A stretch of DNA of 64,000 nt from an uncultured Deinococcaceae bacterium (GTDB lineage: Bacteria; Deinococcota; Deinococci; Deinococcales; Deinococcaceae): assembly GCA_964252075.1 (NCBI GenBank), contig CAXULY010000006.1, forward strand, positions 96,001 through 160,000, in the 5' to 3' direction. Below the pieces are notes generated by a model. It was not told the DNA's origin and searched no databases. It saw only the letters and a program-made list of their open reading frames with translations. Positions 48,456-58,162 of the stretch are shown piece by piece (position 1 is the stretch's first letter; every line of letters starts with the position of its first letter). A program made the position numbers and the translations under genes.

Positions 48456-49327
48456 GCGCCGTGCGCCCCGCCGTGACGCGCGCGGTCGCCCCGCGCCGCC
48501 CGCGCGTCAGCGTGCGCGGGCTGGCCCTCAGCCTGCTGATGTGGCTGATCGCCTTCGTGCTGATGCTGCCCCTGCTGTACACCGTCAGCACCGCCTTCAA
48601 GACCAACGCGTACGTGCTGCAGGTCCCGCCGCAGTTCATTCCCACCAACCCCACCTGGCAGAACTTCCAGCAGGCCTGGGGGGACAACAACTTCGCGCAG
48701 TACTTCCTGAACAGCCTGAAGGTGGCCGCGCTCAGCACCGTCGGCACGGTGCTGGTGGCCGCCACGGGCGCGTACGCCTTCGCGCGGCTGGCCTTCCCCT
48801 TCAAGCGCTTCGTGTTCGGCCTGTACCTGGTGTTCCTGATGATCCCGGGGGTGCTGTACATCATCCCGCAGTTCATCCTGGCGCGGAACCTGCACCTGCT
48901 GAACAGCCTGCTCGGGCTGGTGGTGTTCTACATCGCGGGCAACGTCGCGTTCCACACCTTCCTGATGCGCGGCTTCTTCGCGGGCATCCCGGGCGAGATC
49001 GAGGAGGCCGCGCAGGTGGACGGCGCCACGCGCTTCCAGACCTTCGTGCGCATCGCGCTGCCGCTCGCCGCGCCCGTGCTGGGCACCAGCGCCATCTTCG
49101 CGTTCCTGGGCTCCTGGGACGAATTCACGCTGGCGCTCACCTTCATCAACGACGTGAACCTGCGCACGCTGCCCATCGCCATCCGGCTCTTCCAGGGCCA
49201 GCACACCAGCCAGTGGGGCCTGGTGTTCGCCGCCAGCCTGATCGCGCTCGTTCCGGTGGTGCTCGCGTACGGCGTGTTCCAGCGGCTGTTCATTCAATCG
49301 GTGGGCGACGGCGCCATCAAAGGCTGA
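48452..49327 (+). CDS. Carbohydrate ABC permease (MalG-like)
   Basis: GTG overlapping the previous stop; IEEAAQVDGAT; C-terminal GAIKG. Confidence 0.92.
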   Translation: MSAVRPAVTRAVAPRRPRVSVRGLALSLLMWLIAFVLMLPLLYTVSTAFKTNAYVLQVPPQFIPTNPTWQNFQQAWGDNNFAQYFLNSLKVAALSTVGTVLVAATGAYAFARLAFPFKRFVFGLYLVFLMIPGVLYIIPQFILARNLHLLNSLLGLVVFYIAGNVAFHTFLMRGFFAGIPGEIEEAAQVDGATRFQTFVRIALPLAAPVLGTSAIFAFLGSWDEFTLALTFINDVNLRTLPIAIRLFQGQHTSQWGLVFAASLIALVPVVLAYGVFQRLFIQSVGDGAIKG

Positions 49328-49366
49328 AGCCGTCCCCGGCCGCCCCTCCCCCCTGTTCGGAGTGCC

Positions 49367-50965
49367 ATGACCCAGACCACCGTGACCCTCGACCTCACGC
49401 CGGACCGGGCGATGTACCGCCCGGGCGCGCCGGTGACCCTCACCCTGACGCCCGCCGCGCCGGAAGCGCTCACCCTGCACCTGTCCGCCGGGGTGGACGA
49501 AATCACCACCCTCCCTGTGGCGGCCGGGACGACCGAGCTGCGCTGGACGCCCCCCGACCAAGAGGGCGCGTACGGCGCGGAACTCACCCGCCCCGACGAC
49601 CGCGCGGTGCTGGCCGCCACCGCCTTCGACGTGCACGCGTCCTGGCTGGCCGCGCCACGCTACGGGTTCATGGCGGACTACGGGCCGGACGTCGAGGCGG
49701 GGCGCATCGCGGCGCTGGCCCGCTACCACCTGAACGCCCTGCAGTTCTACGACTGGCAGTACCACCACGACCAGCACCTCCCCGAAGCGGACGAATACAC
49801 GGACTCCGGCGGTCGGCGCCAGAGCCTCGCCACCGTGCGCCGCCAGATCGAGGAGGCGCACGCGGTGGGCATGGCGGCCATGCCCTACACCACCATCTAC
49901 GGGGCCTCGGCGGCCTACGGCAAGGCGCATCCGGACCAGACGCTGTACCGCCAGGACGGCGGCATGTGGAACTTCGGCGAGGACTTCCTCATGACCATGA
50001 ACCCCGCCGAGGGCAGCGGCTGGCGGGCGCACATCATGGCGGAGTACCGCCGCGTCCTGGACGCCCTGCCTTTCGACGGCCTGCACATCGACCAGTACGG
50101 CGACCCGAAGGTGGCGCACGACCACACGGGGGCCGTGGTGGACCTCGCGCAGGTGATGCCCGGCTTCGTACAGGAAGCCAAGGCGCTGGCGCGCGCGTAC
50201 CCCGGCCGCGACACAGTGATCTTCAATCTGGTGGGCACCTGGCCCGCCGAGACCGTGCAGCCCAGCGGCGTGGACGCGGTGTACATGGAGATCTGGCCGC
50301 CCGACGAGCGCTACGCCGACCTGCGCCGGGTGATCACCGAAGCGCACACCCGCAGCGGTGGGCGGCCTGTCCTGCTGACCGCCTACCTCAGCGCCGCCTT
50401 CGACGCCGGCACCCGACTGCTGGACGCCGTGATCGCCGCGTGTGGCGCCAGCCACGTGGAGCTCGGCGAGGACGAACAGCTGCTGGGCGACCCGTACTTC
50501 CCGAAATACGAGACGCCCAGCGCGGCCCTCAAGGGCTGGCTGCGCCGGTACTACGACGTCATCACCCGCTACCAGCGGTACCTGTACACCGGCGATCCAC
50601 TGGACCTGGCGGAACAGGACTTCGGGGATGGCCGGGTGACGGGCGGCGCGGAGGTCGCGGGCCGGGTGTGGGCGCTCGGGCGGCGCGGCGCGGACTTCGA
50701 GGTGCTGCACCTCATCAACTTCGTGGGCGTCCCGGACGACGGGTGGCGGACCGAACAACCCATGCCCAGTCCCCAGACGCAGCTTGACCTGCGCTGGACG
50801 GCCGGGCGACCCGTCGGTGCGGTCTGGGCGCTCAGCCCGGACCAGGCGGGCCAAATGGCGTTGCCCTTCCACATGGAGGACGGCGCCGTGGTGTTCACCG
50901 TCCCCCACCTGACCCTCTGGACCGCCATCGTCCTGACGTACGCGCACAACGACGCACCCCGCTGA
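49367..50965 (+). CDS. Glycoside hydrolase family 66 (dextranase/cycloisomaltooligosaccharide-active)
   Basis: KAMYxPG-like start (RAMYRPG), PRYGF, YHLNALQFYDWQYHH, FDGLHIDQYG, YMEIW, HVELGE, PYFP. No signal peptide. Confidence 0.82.
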   Translation: MTQTTVTLDLTPDRAMYRPGAPVTLTLTPAAPEALTLHLSAGVDEITTLPVAAGTTELRWTPPDQEGAYGAELTRPDDRAVLAATAFDVHASWLAAPRYGFMADYGPDVEAGRIAALARYHLNALQFYDWQYHHDQHLPEADEYTDSGGRRQSLATVRRQIEEAHAVGMAAMPYTTIYGASAAYGKAHPDQTLYRQDGGMWNFGEDFLMTMNPAEGSGWRAHIMAEYRRVLDALPFDGLHIDQYGDPKVAHDHTGAVVDLAQVMPGFVQEAKALARAYPGRDTVIFNLVGTWPAETVQPSGVDAVYMEIWPPDERYADLRRVITEAHTRSGGRPVLLTAYLSAAFDAGTRLLDAVIAACGASHVELGEDEQLLGDPYFPKYETPSAALKGWLRRYYDVITRYQRYLYTGDPLDLAEQDFGDGRVTGGAEVAGRVWALGRRGADFEVLHLINFVGVPDDGWRTEQPMPSPQTQLDLRWTAGRPVGAVWALSPDQAGQMALPFHMEDGAVVFTVPHLTLWTAIVLTYAHNDAPR

Positions 50966-51535
50966 AAGGAACCTGGGAAGACCAAGAACACGCCCCGGGC
51001 GAAGCGCTCGGCGGTCAGGTCCATCCGCCCGGATGAACTGCGGCAAGCCTGCCTTGGCCTGCCCAAAGGACCCTGCGGTCCGTCGCGCGAGGCGAGCCGG
51101 ACTGGACGCTGTGGCCCCTGAAAGGGATCGAGTCTCTGCCCGCCGTGCGCTGGCGGCCGCACCCCATCGCGCGGCTCACCCCGGCGAAACGTGCGGCGGG
51201 CATGACGGCGCTGGAGCCGGCGTTCGCGGTGCCGCGCGTCGTCTGGCCGGCCTCGCCTCGCGACCGCTCAGGGTGTGGACGTCACCGGGTTGAACCTCGT
51301 CGGGGAAGCAGGCACCGAGGCCGAAGGGCGCGGCCCACGATCGTTGCGGCGTCCTCGGACCCCACCGAGCGGCGGCCCGTTCCCACACCGTGCCGACGAC
51401 GATCCAGCGGTTGGGCGAGTCCGACAGCGGCATGGTCATGCGCCAGCGCACCAGACCCCGACCACATTCACGTGCCGCAAACACCTGAAGATCAGAGGGG
51501 CGGTTTTGGCATAGGGTGGAACGCGAGGTGACGCT

Positions 51536-52546
51536 ATGGAATACCGTCGATTGGGCCAGTCTGGGTTGCAGGTCAGTGCGCTTTCCTTTGGTGCCTGGGT
51601 GACGTTTGGCACGCAGTTGGATGTGGATGGTGCCCTGGAACTGATGTCCGCCGCGTATGACCGCGGGTGCAACTTCTTCGACAACGCCGAGGCGTACGCC
51701 CGAGGCCAGGCGGAAACCATCATGGGCCAGGCCCTGAGCAAGGCGGGCTGGCGGCGTGACAGCTACATCGTGTCCAGTAAAGTCTTCGGCGGATCGGTGG
51801 AGAACCCATCTCCGACGCAGCGAGGGCTTTCACGCAAGCACGTTTACGAGGCGTGCTACCAGGCCATCGAACGCCTGCAATGTGAGTACCTGGATCTGTA
51901 CTTCTGTCATCGCCCGGACCGCAGCACCCCCATCGAAGAAACGGTGCGGGCCATGACCGAATTGATCCAGCGCGGTGACGTGTTGTACTGGGGCACCAGC
52001 GAGTGGTCGGCGCAGGAATTGATGGAAGCCTACGCCGTCGCCCGCCAGTACAACCTGATTCCCCCGACCATGGAGCAGCCGCAGTACAACATGCTCACCC
52101 GCTACCGGGTCGAGGTTGAATACAGCCGCTTGTACCGTCCAGACACGCTCGGGTTGGGCACCACGGTCTGGTCGCCGCTGGCGAGCGGTCTCCTGACCGG
52201 CAAGTACAACGACGTGGTGCCGAATGACACCCGCATGAACCTGCCCGGGTATGAATGGTTGAAAGCCAGGCTCGAGAGTGAAGAAGGCCAAGCCAACCTG
52301 GGCAAAGTCCGAGGCCTGGCCAAGATCGCCGACGACCTGGGCATAACCTTGCCAAAGCTCGCCTTGGCGTGGTGCCTGAAGAACCCGAATGTGAGCACCG
52401 TGATTACGGGCGCCTCCAAAGCCACGCAAGTGGAGGAGAATTTTGCCGCCCTCGAGGTGCTTCCCCAGCTCACCGACGACGTCATGGCGGCCATTGAGGC
52501 GGCCCTGGGGAACAAGGAAACCCGGTTGTATGGCTCGAGCGAGTGA
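51536..52546 (+). CDS. Aldo/keto reductase (Kv-beta / AKR6-like)
   Basis: [65 protein letters not shown]. Confidence 0.93.
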   Translation: MEYRRLGQSGLQVSALSFGAWVTFGTQLDVDGALELMSAAYDRGCNFFDNAEAYARGQAETIMGQALSKAGWRRDSYIVSSKVFGGSVENPSPTQRGLSRKHVYEACYQAIERLQCEYLDLYFCHRPDRSTPIEETVRAMTELIQRGDVLYWGTSEWSAQELMEAYAVARQYNLIPPTMEQPQYNMLTRYRVEVEYSRLYRPDTLGLGTTVWSPLASGLLTGKYNDVVPNDTRMNLPGYEWLKARLESEEGQANLGKVRGLAKIADDLGITLPKLALAWCLKNPNVSTVITGASKATQVEENFAALEVLPQLTDDVMAAIEAALGNKETRLYGSSE

Positions 52547-52863
52547 ATGAGCGTGCCCCCGGATGGTCGTGACCTGAAAAGGCCTCGACCATACCGGGGG
52601 TGTGACAAGTAGATGCGGGCGGGAGCGGGTGAATTGAGGTGCAGCGACCACCCGCTGCCCGGCGACCGCTTGCCCCTCAGCCATCATTGGACACGCGGTC
52701 TGACCCTCCCACCGCTGCCCGCTCCGTGACCGCGAGGTCGAGGAACTGCGGCTGGAGCGGGACATCCTGGTTTCGCGGGAACGCGTTCGTCGCTGCTGCA
52801 TCCCGTTTGGCGAGCGCTTCGCCCAGCGCCTGCGCCCTTGCATGTGTCACGCTACGGGCACCC

Positions 52864-53295
52864 ATGTTCAGCCTCCGCCGAATTGGCCTCACGGCCATGG
52901 TCCTCGCCGGTACCGCCCTCGCGCAGCCCGCCACGACCAACAGCAACGCGAACCTCCGCGCGCAACCCAGCACCACGGCCCAAGTGCTCACCGTCCTGCC
53001 CAAAGGCACCGCCTTGAACGTGATGTGCTCCGGCTCGTGGTGCAAGGTGAACACCCGCGCCGGGTACGTGGCGAAGAGCGTCCTGAGCCTCGCGCAGGTC
53101 CAACCCCTGCCCTCCCCCGCCCCGGTGCAGGGCGATGGCTACACGAACGTGGATGGCGTGCACGTGCAGAGCCCGGTGTTGACGGAAACGGCCCCGCCCG
53201 GCGCGAGCGCGAAGTGCCGCGATGGCAGCTACAGCTTCTCCCTGCACCGCCGCGGCACCTGCAGCCACCACGGCGGCGTCGCCGAATGGCTGTGA
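52864..53295 (+). CDS. Secreted SH3b + DUF3761 protein
   Basis: Signal peptide; ANLRAQPSTTAQVL...WCKV...GYV (SH3); YTNVDG...SP...ASAKCRDGSYSFSLHRRGTCSHHGGVAEWL. Confidence 0.85.
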   Translation: MFSLRRIGLTAMVLAGTALAQPATTNSNANLRAQPSTTAQVLTVLPKGTALNVMCSGSWCKVNTRAGYVAKSVLSLAQVQPLPSPAPVQGDGYTNVDGVHVQSPVLTETAPPGASAKCRDGSYSFSLHRRGTCSHHGGVAEWL

Positions 53296-53846
53296 GGACC
53301 AGCGCTGAAGCCGCAACGGATGCGCCGGAGGTGGTGGTGATCACCGGCGTGATGGCCGCAGGGAAGAGCACGGTCGCCCAGCTGCTCGCCGAACGCCTTG
53401 AGCGCAGCGTCCACCTGCGCGGGGATCTGTTCCGCCGCATGATCGTGAGCGGCCGTGCGGAGCCCACCCCCGACATGCCTGTGGAGGCCACCCAGCAACT
53501 CGCCCTGCGCTACCACCTGGCCGCTCAGGTGGCGCGGACGTACGCCGAGGCGGGCTTCACGGTGGTCTACCAGGACATCCTGCTCGAAGCGGGTCTCACG
53601 GACGTCCTGTCACTGCTCGAAGGCCTCCGTCGTGCGGTTGTGGTGTTGAACCCCTCGGCGGCGGTCGTGGCGCAGCGGGATGAGGCGCGGGCCAAGACTG
53701 GGTACGGTGGCGGCTGGACGCCCCATCCGCTGATCGAAGCGCTGGAACGCACGCCGCGCGTCGGGTTGTGGCTGGACACCAGTGAGCTCACGCCGGAACA
53801 GACGGTGGATTTCATCCTGGCCCCCATGGACGAGGCGCGCTGCTGA
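53292..53846 (+). CDS. P-loop kinase / phosphotransferase-like protein
   Basis: VVITGVMAAGKSTVAQLLA, HLRGDLFRRMIVSG, GLWLDTS. Confidence 0.82.
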   Translation: MRTSAEAATDAPEVVVITGVMAAGKSTVAQLLAERLERSVHLRGDLFRRMIVSGRAEPTPDMPVEATQQLALRYHLAAQVARTYAEAGFTVVYQDILLEAGLTDVLSLLEGLRRAVVVLNPSAAVVAQRDEARAKTGYGGGWTPHPLIEALERTPRVGLWLDTSELTPEQTVDFILAPMDEARC

Positions 53847-53971
53847 CTGCGGCCGGTTATGAGCCATCGCCTGGTCCCTCGTGCCATGACCTGGACGCCA
53901 TGGTCCGTGTAGGGGTGCAGGAAATGCGAGAGCCTCGCACCTCGACCCGGAGCAGGGCCTGACGCGCGGCT

Positions 53972-54043
53972 TCAGCGGGGAGGGTCTCGAACCCCCGTCC
54001 TCTCCCATGCTGTGGGCGCGCTCGTCCCCTGAAACACCCACCG
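53972..54043 (-). ncRNA. Degenerate tRNA-like cloverleaf (Ala-like layout, anticodon AGC, no CCA)
   Basis: Minus strand: CGGTGGG TG TTTC AGGGGAC GAGC G CGCCC ACAGCAT GGGAG AGGAC GGGGG TTCGAGA CCCTC CCCGCTG A. 7-bp acceptor and T-arm are intact; D- and anticodon stems have mismatches; C at position 33. Confidence 0.5.
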
Positions 54044-54213
54044 GGACGCAGGACGCAGGCGCCTTGGTGGGTCAACCCCTCGCCCGGCCAGAAGGGTGCG
54101 GCGTCCCCTGCTGACGTACGGTCACGCGACCTGGATGACCGGGTCGGCCGTGCGGAAAGTTATACTTGCCGCGTCGCGCCCGGCCCGTCGTCTGGAGGCG
54201 CCCACGACAGATC

Positions 54214-55368
54214 ATGCGTGCGCTCGTCGCTTCCTTTCGGGACCGCCCCACCGCGCGGGCGGTGGTGCTGTTCGGCGCCCTGAACCTGGCGATGGCGCTG
54301 GCGTTCATGCTCGCCGTGCCCGGCCGCTTCGAGCGCCCCGCCACGCCGCCCCTGCTGGTGCCAGAACGCGCCGCGCTTCGCGTCGCGCTCGTCCTCGCTG
54401 CGGGCGCGGTGGTGCTCTGGGCGGTCCGGCCGGGCCGCCGCACGCGCCCCGAGCTGGTCGTTCTGATCGTTGCCGGTCTCACCGCGACCGCCTTCGCGTC
54501 ACGCCATTACTTTCCGTTCCTGCCGCTCGCGGTGCTCCCGGTCGTTGCGCGGTACTGGCTGAGTTTGCGCGCCACCGTGACCGTGACGCTCGTGGCGTTC
54601 GTCGCGTCGATGCCCTTGTGGCTCCCCGCCGTGGCCGGGGACCGCCCGCTGGTCGCGGCGCTGCTGGCGCTCGCGGTGACCCTCGCCCTGAACGGCTACA
54701 CCCTGCTCAGTTTCGAGTTCGCGCTTCGGGAGGCGCGCGCCCGCGAGGCGCTGCGCGACCTGCAGGACCTCACGGTGCGGCACGCCGAGCTCGCGGAGCG
54801 GGCGCGCGTGGCGCGTGAGCTGCATGACACGCTGGGACACCACCTGACCGCCCAGCGCTTCGACCTGCAGCTGCTCGCGGCGCTCGGGGGCACGCCGGAG
54901 GCCCAGCCGCCCCTGGAGCGCGCGACGGCCCGCAACGCGGACGCCCTGTCGGAGGTGCGGCGCGCCGTGCGCGCCCTGCCACCCGAGCCGCTGCAGGGCG
55001 GGCTGACGCGGGCGCTGCGCGACCTCGCAGGCGGCTGGCCCACGCCGGTACAGCTCAGCGTGCAGGGTGACGAGCCCCGCCTGCCGGAGGACACCCGCCT
55101 GGTGCTGTACCGGGCGGCGCAGGAGGCCCTGACGAACGCCGGGCGGCACGCGCCGGGCGCGGTGCCGCAGCTGACCTTGACCTTCCTGCCGAGAGAGGTG
55201 CGCCTGCAGGCCGAGAACGCGCGGGCCCCCCAGCGCCTCACCCTGGGCGCTGGGCTGCGCGGCCTGGAGTCGCGCGCGCAGGCCCTGAACGGCCGCCTGA
55301 CGGTGGGAACGGCCGGCGGCGTCTTCACCCTGCGGCTCGCCCTGCCGCTCAGGGGGGGCGCCCCATGA
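54214..55368 (+). CDS. Membrane sensor histidine kinase (HisKA_3, DesK/NarX-like)
   Basis: TM N-terminus; ERARVARELHDTLGHHLT; YRAAQEALTNAGRHA; GAGLRGLESR. Confidence 0.9.
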   Translation: MRALVASFRDRPTARAVVLFGALNLAMALAFMLAVPGRFERPATPPLLVPERAALRVALVLAAGAVVLWAVRPGRRTRPELVVLIVAGLTATAFASRHYFPFLPLAVLPVVARYWLSLRATVTVTLVAFVASMPLWLPAVAGDRPLVAALLALAVTLALNGYTLLSFEFALREARAREALRDLQDLTVRHAELAERARVARELHDTLGHHLTAQRFDLQLLAALGGTPEAQPPLERATARNADALSEVRRAVRALPPEPLQGGLTRALRDLAGGWPTPVQLSVQGDEPRLPEDTRLVLYRAAQEALTNAGRHAPGAVPQLTLTFLPREVRLQAENARAPQRLTLGAGLRGLESRAQALNGRLTVGTAGGVFTLRLALPLRGGAP

Positions 55369-56009
55369 CGGTGCGGGTGCTGGTGGTGGACGACCAGCCG
55401 TGGGTGCGGGTGGGCCTGCGCGAGTTGCTGAACGTGCAGCTGGACGTGCGGGTGGTGGGTGAGGCGGAGAGCGGCGGGGCGGCGCTGACGTGGCTGGAGG
55501 AGGGGCGCTGCGACGTGGTGCTGATGGACGTGCGCATGCCGGGCCTGGGCGGCATTGAGGCGGCGCGTCAGCTCGCGTTGCGCGGCGGGCCGCCCGTGGT
55601 GCTGCTCACCACCTTCGAGGACACCGCGGAGATGATTGCGGGCCTGCAGGCGGGCGCGCACGGCTACCTGCTCAAGGACACCTCCATCGAGGCGCTCACG
55701 GACGCCATCCGGCGGGTGGCGCGCGGCGAGCGGGTGGTGCAGCCGCGCGTGGCGGACGTGCTCGCGGAGGCCCTGGCCCAGCGAACCGCGCAGGCACAGG
55801 TGGTGGGGACGCTCACGCCGCGTGAGGCGGAGGTCCTGGCGCTCCTCGCGCGCGGGCTGTCGAACAAGCGGTTGGCGTCCACCTTGGGGGTATCGGCGGG
55901 CACCGTGAAGGTGCACGTCTCCAACCTGCTCGCGAAGCTCAAGGTGACGGACCGCGCGGAGGCTGTGCGGGCCGCGCGGCAGGCGGGGTTGCTGCCCGAC
56001 GGCCCGTAG
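55365..56009 (+). CDS. NarL/LuxR family response regulator
   Basis: VLVVDD, DVVLMDVRMP, LTTF, GYLLKD, LTPREAEVL...GLSNK...TVKVHVSNLLAKL. Confidence 0.94.
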   Translation: MTVRVLVVDDQPWVRVGLRELLNVQLDVRVVGEAESGGAALTWLEEGRCDVVLMDVRMPGLGGIEAARQLALRGGPPVVLLTTFEDTAEMIAGLQAGAHGYLLKDTSIEALTDAIRRVARGERVVQPRVADVLAEALAQRTAQAQVVGTLTPREAEVLALLARGLSNKRLASTLGVSAGTVKVHVSNLLAKLKVTDRAEAVRAARQAGLLPDGP

Positions 56010-56145
56010 GCCTACCTCCCGGCCTATGCCCCTGGCAGAGGCGCCTGGCGCGGCGGGCACGGCAGGCTGACCGCATGCCCCTGCTGACCTCCAAGCCGCC
56101 CTTCACGCCTGCTGTACGCCCACGCCCCACGAAGGTCGTGGGGTG

Positions 56146-57465
56146 ATGCGGCCCCTGGAGTGGGCGCTGTTCCTGTCGTTCCTGCCGATGTGGTGGCTCA
56201 CCTCCGGGCACTGGGGTCGGCGCAGCACCCTCGCGGCCCTCCTGCCGCTCCTCGTGGCGGTCGCGCAACTGGCGGTGGAGGACGCGCGCCTGGAGTTGCT
56301 GCCCCTGTACGTCCTGGCCGGACTCGCGCTCCTGCGGGCGCGCCCACCCCAGCCGGCGCGCGCGTGGGTGCTGGTGGGCGGCGCGCTGGTGTACGTTTTG
56401 GCGGGCCTCGTGCCCGGCTGGCTTCTTCCGATCCTCACCCTCCCGGACGCCAGCGGACCGCACCCGGTGGGAATGGTGGACCGCGTGGTGACCGACCCCG
56501 CCCGACACCGCCGACTCATGGTGACGGTCTGGTACCCGGCGGCGCGCAGCGGTCCCCGCGCGCCCCTGTTCTCACACCCAGACGCCGTCACCTCCGGGCT
56601 GGCGGCGGCCTTCGGCGTGCCCCTCGCGGCGCCCGCCCTGCGGCATCTGCGGTACTCGACCGTCGCCGCGAGCGCGGACGCGCCCGCCCTGAGCGGTCCG
56701 GGCGCCTTCCCGGTGCTGGTGTACTCGCACGGCATGGTCGGCCTGCGCACGCAGAACGCCGCGTCGCTTCAGGACCTGGCGAGCTGGGGGTACGTGGTGG
56801 TGGCGGTCGACCACACGGACGCCGCAGCGGTCACGGTCTTCCCGGACGGCGAGGTGCGCCCCTATGACCTGCGGCGCCTCGGGGTGCGCCCGCAGGACGC
56901 GGAGCGCGCCGACGACGTGCTGCTGCCGGTGTGGATGGCCGATCAGCGCCTCGTGTACGACGCGGTGGCGCGCTGGGAGCGCGACGACCCCGTGCTGGCC
57001 GGTCGACTCGACACGGCGCGCATGGCGTCCTTCGGGCACTCGTTCGGCGGGGTGGTGTCCCTCGCGGTGTGCCGGGTGGACGCCCGCTGCCGCGCCGCAG
57101 TGAACCTGGACGGCGGGTACCAGCCGGGGGTCATGCCCCCGCCCGCCCGCCGACCGCTGCTGATCCTGAGCTCAGCGGGCAGCGACGACAACCCCGTCGC
57201 GACGGGCGCGTGGGGGCGCATCGTCGCGCAGGCGCGCGGTCCGGCATTCTGGCTGACCGTGCCACACAGCACCCACCTGTCCTTGACCCTGGCGCCCTTC
57301 ATCTCGCCGCTGCTCGTGCCGCGTGGCGCCCGGCCCGTCGCGGATCTGCGTGCGGTGAACGGCGTCTTGCGTGCCTTCTTCGACCGCTACGTGCGGGAGG
57401 ACGGTGCGCCTTTCGAACGCAGCCAGGATCTTCACTCGATGCGCTCGCGGGCAGTGCGCCCGTGA
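56146..57465 (+). CDS. Membrane-anchored alpha/beta hydrolase (PAF-acetylhydrolase-like)
   Basis: N-terminal TMs; GPHPVG, VWYPA, PVLVYSHG, GHSFGG nucleophile, NLDGG. Confidence 0.87.
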   Translation: MRPLEWALFLSFLPMWWLTSGHWGRRSTLAALLPLLVAVAQLAVEDARLELLPLYVLAGLALLRARPPQPARAWVLVGGALVYVLAGLVPGWLLPILTLPDASGPHPVGMVDRVVTDPARHRRLMVTVWYPAARSGPRAPLFSHPDAVTSGLAAAFGVPLAAPALRHLRYSTVAASADAPALSGPGAFPVLVYSHGMVGLRTQNAASLQDLASWGYVVVAVDHTDAAAVTVFPDGEVRPYDLRRLGVRPQDAERADDVLLPVWMADQRLVYDAVARWERDDPVLAGRLDTARMASFGHSFGGVVSLAVCRVDARCRAAVNLDGGYQPGVMPPPARRPLLILSSAGSDDNPVATGAWGRIVAQARGPAFWLTVPHSTHLSLTLAPFISPLLVPRGARPVADLRAVNGVLRAFFDRYVREDGAPFERSQDLHSMRSRAVRP

Positions 57466-57473
57466 GGGTTGAT

Positions 57474-58058
57474 CTATTGCCGCAGCATCAGGGCGATCTG
57501 CTCGAGGGTCTCCCCGATCCCGCCCGAATCGAACTCGCACGGCACCTCGAACGCCCCGTTCGGCGCCCCTTGCACGTACGCCCGCGCCCCGAACACCCCC
57601 TCGTCGTATCCCACCACCAGCAGGATGTTCCGGTCATCGAACACCCCGCGCGGCACGCCCTTCCTGAACCAATGCGCGTCCCGCCGCTTTGCCCTCAATT
57701 GCTCGTCCGGGTGAATCAGCCAGTTCCCGCACCAGTCCGCATGCCCCTGCAGCACCACCTGCACCGCCTCACTCCAGCCCAGCGTGAAGCGCGAGTCCAC
57801 GCTCAGCACCCGGCGTTCCTCGGCCCCTCGGTACCACCAGGGCAGGCCCGCCGTGCCTGCGAGCAGGACGTGCAGGGTGTCCGCGAAGTGATGCCTGAAC
57901 AGCAAACTACTGCGCGCCTGCCCGGGAAGACCCTACTGGCGTTGCAGGAACTTCACGACCAGACCGGAGAGCACCACACGCTCGATGTTGTCGGGCCTGC
58001 TGCTGGGCGACAGGGGCGTGGAGGGACGAGGACCAATCGATCGCTTCAGGGCGCGCAT
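57474..58058 (-). pseudogene. Hypothetical protein (possibly degenerate JAB/MPN-like fold) with an in-frame TAG at 57933-57935
   Basis: The frame of ORF 57474..57905 extends upstream through one TAG to ATG 58058: MRALKRSIG...IERVVLSGLVVKFLQRQ*GLPGQARSSLLFRHHFADTLHV...WCGNWLIHPD. Confidence 0.5.
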
Positions 58059-58162
58059 GGGTGGTGACGTTCGCTCTGTTCCGCCGCCGCCTGGTGTGTG
58101 CTGGTGGGTGCGGCATCTGCGGCGTCCTCCCGTGCCCCTTCACCCTAAGCTGAACGGCAGCC

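Noticed and set aside
12970..57935. Genome-wide TAG recoding (pyrrolysine or Gln) to explain the in-frame ambers
   Set aside because: TAG ends several apparently complete genes here (e.g. at 4048, 33026, 33382, 38067, 44863, 56009), and no pyl genes or suppressor tRNA are visible.
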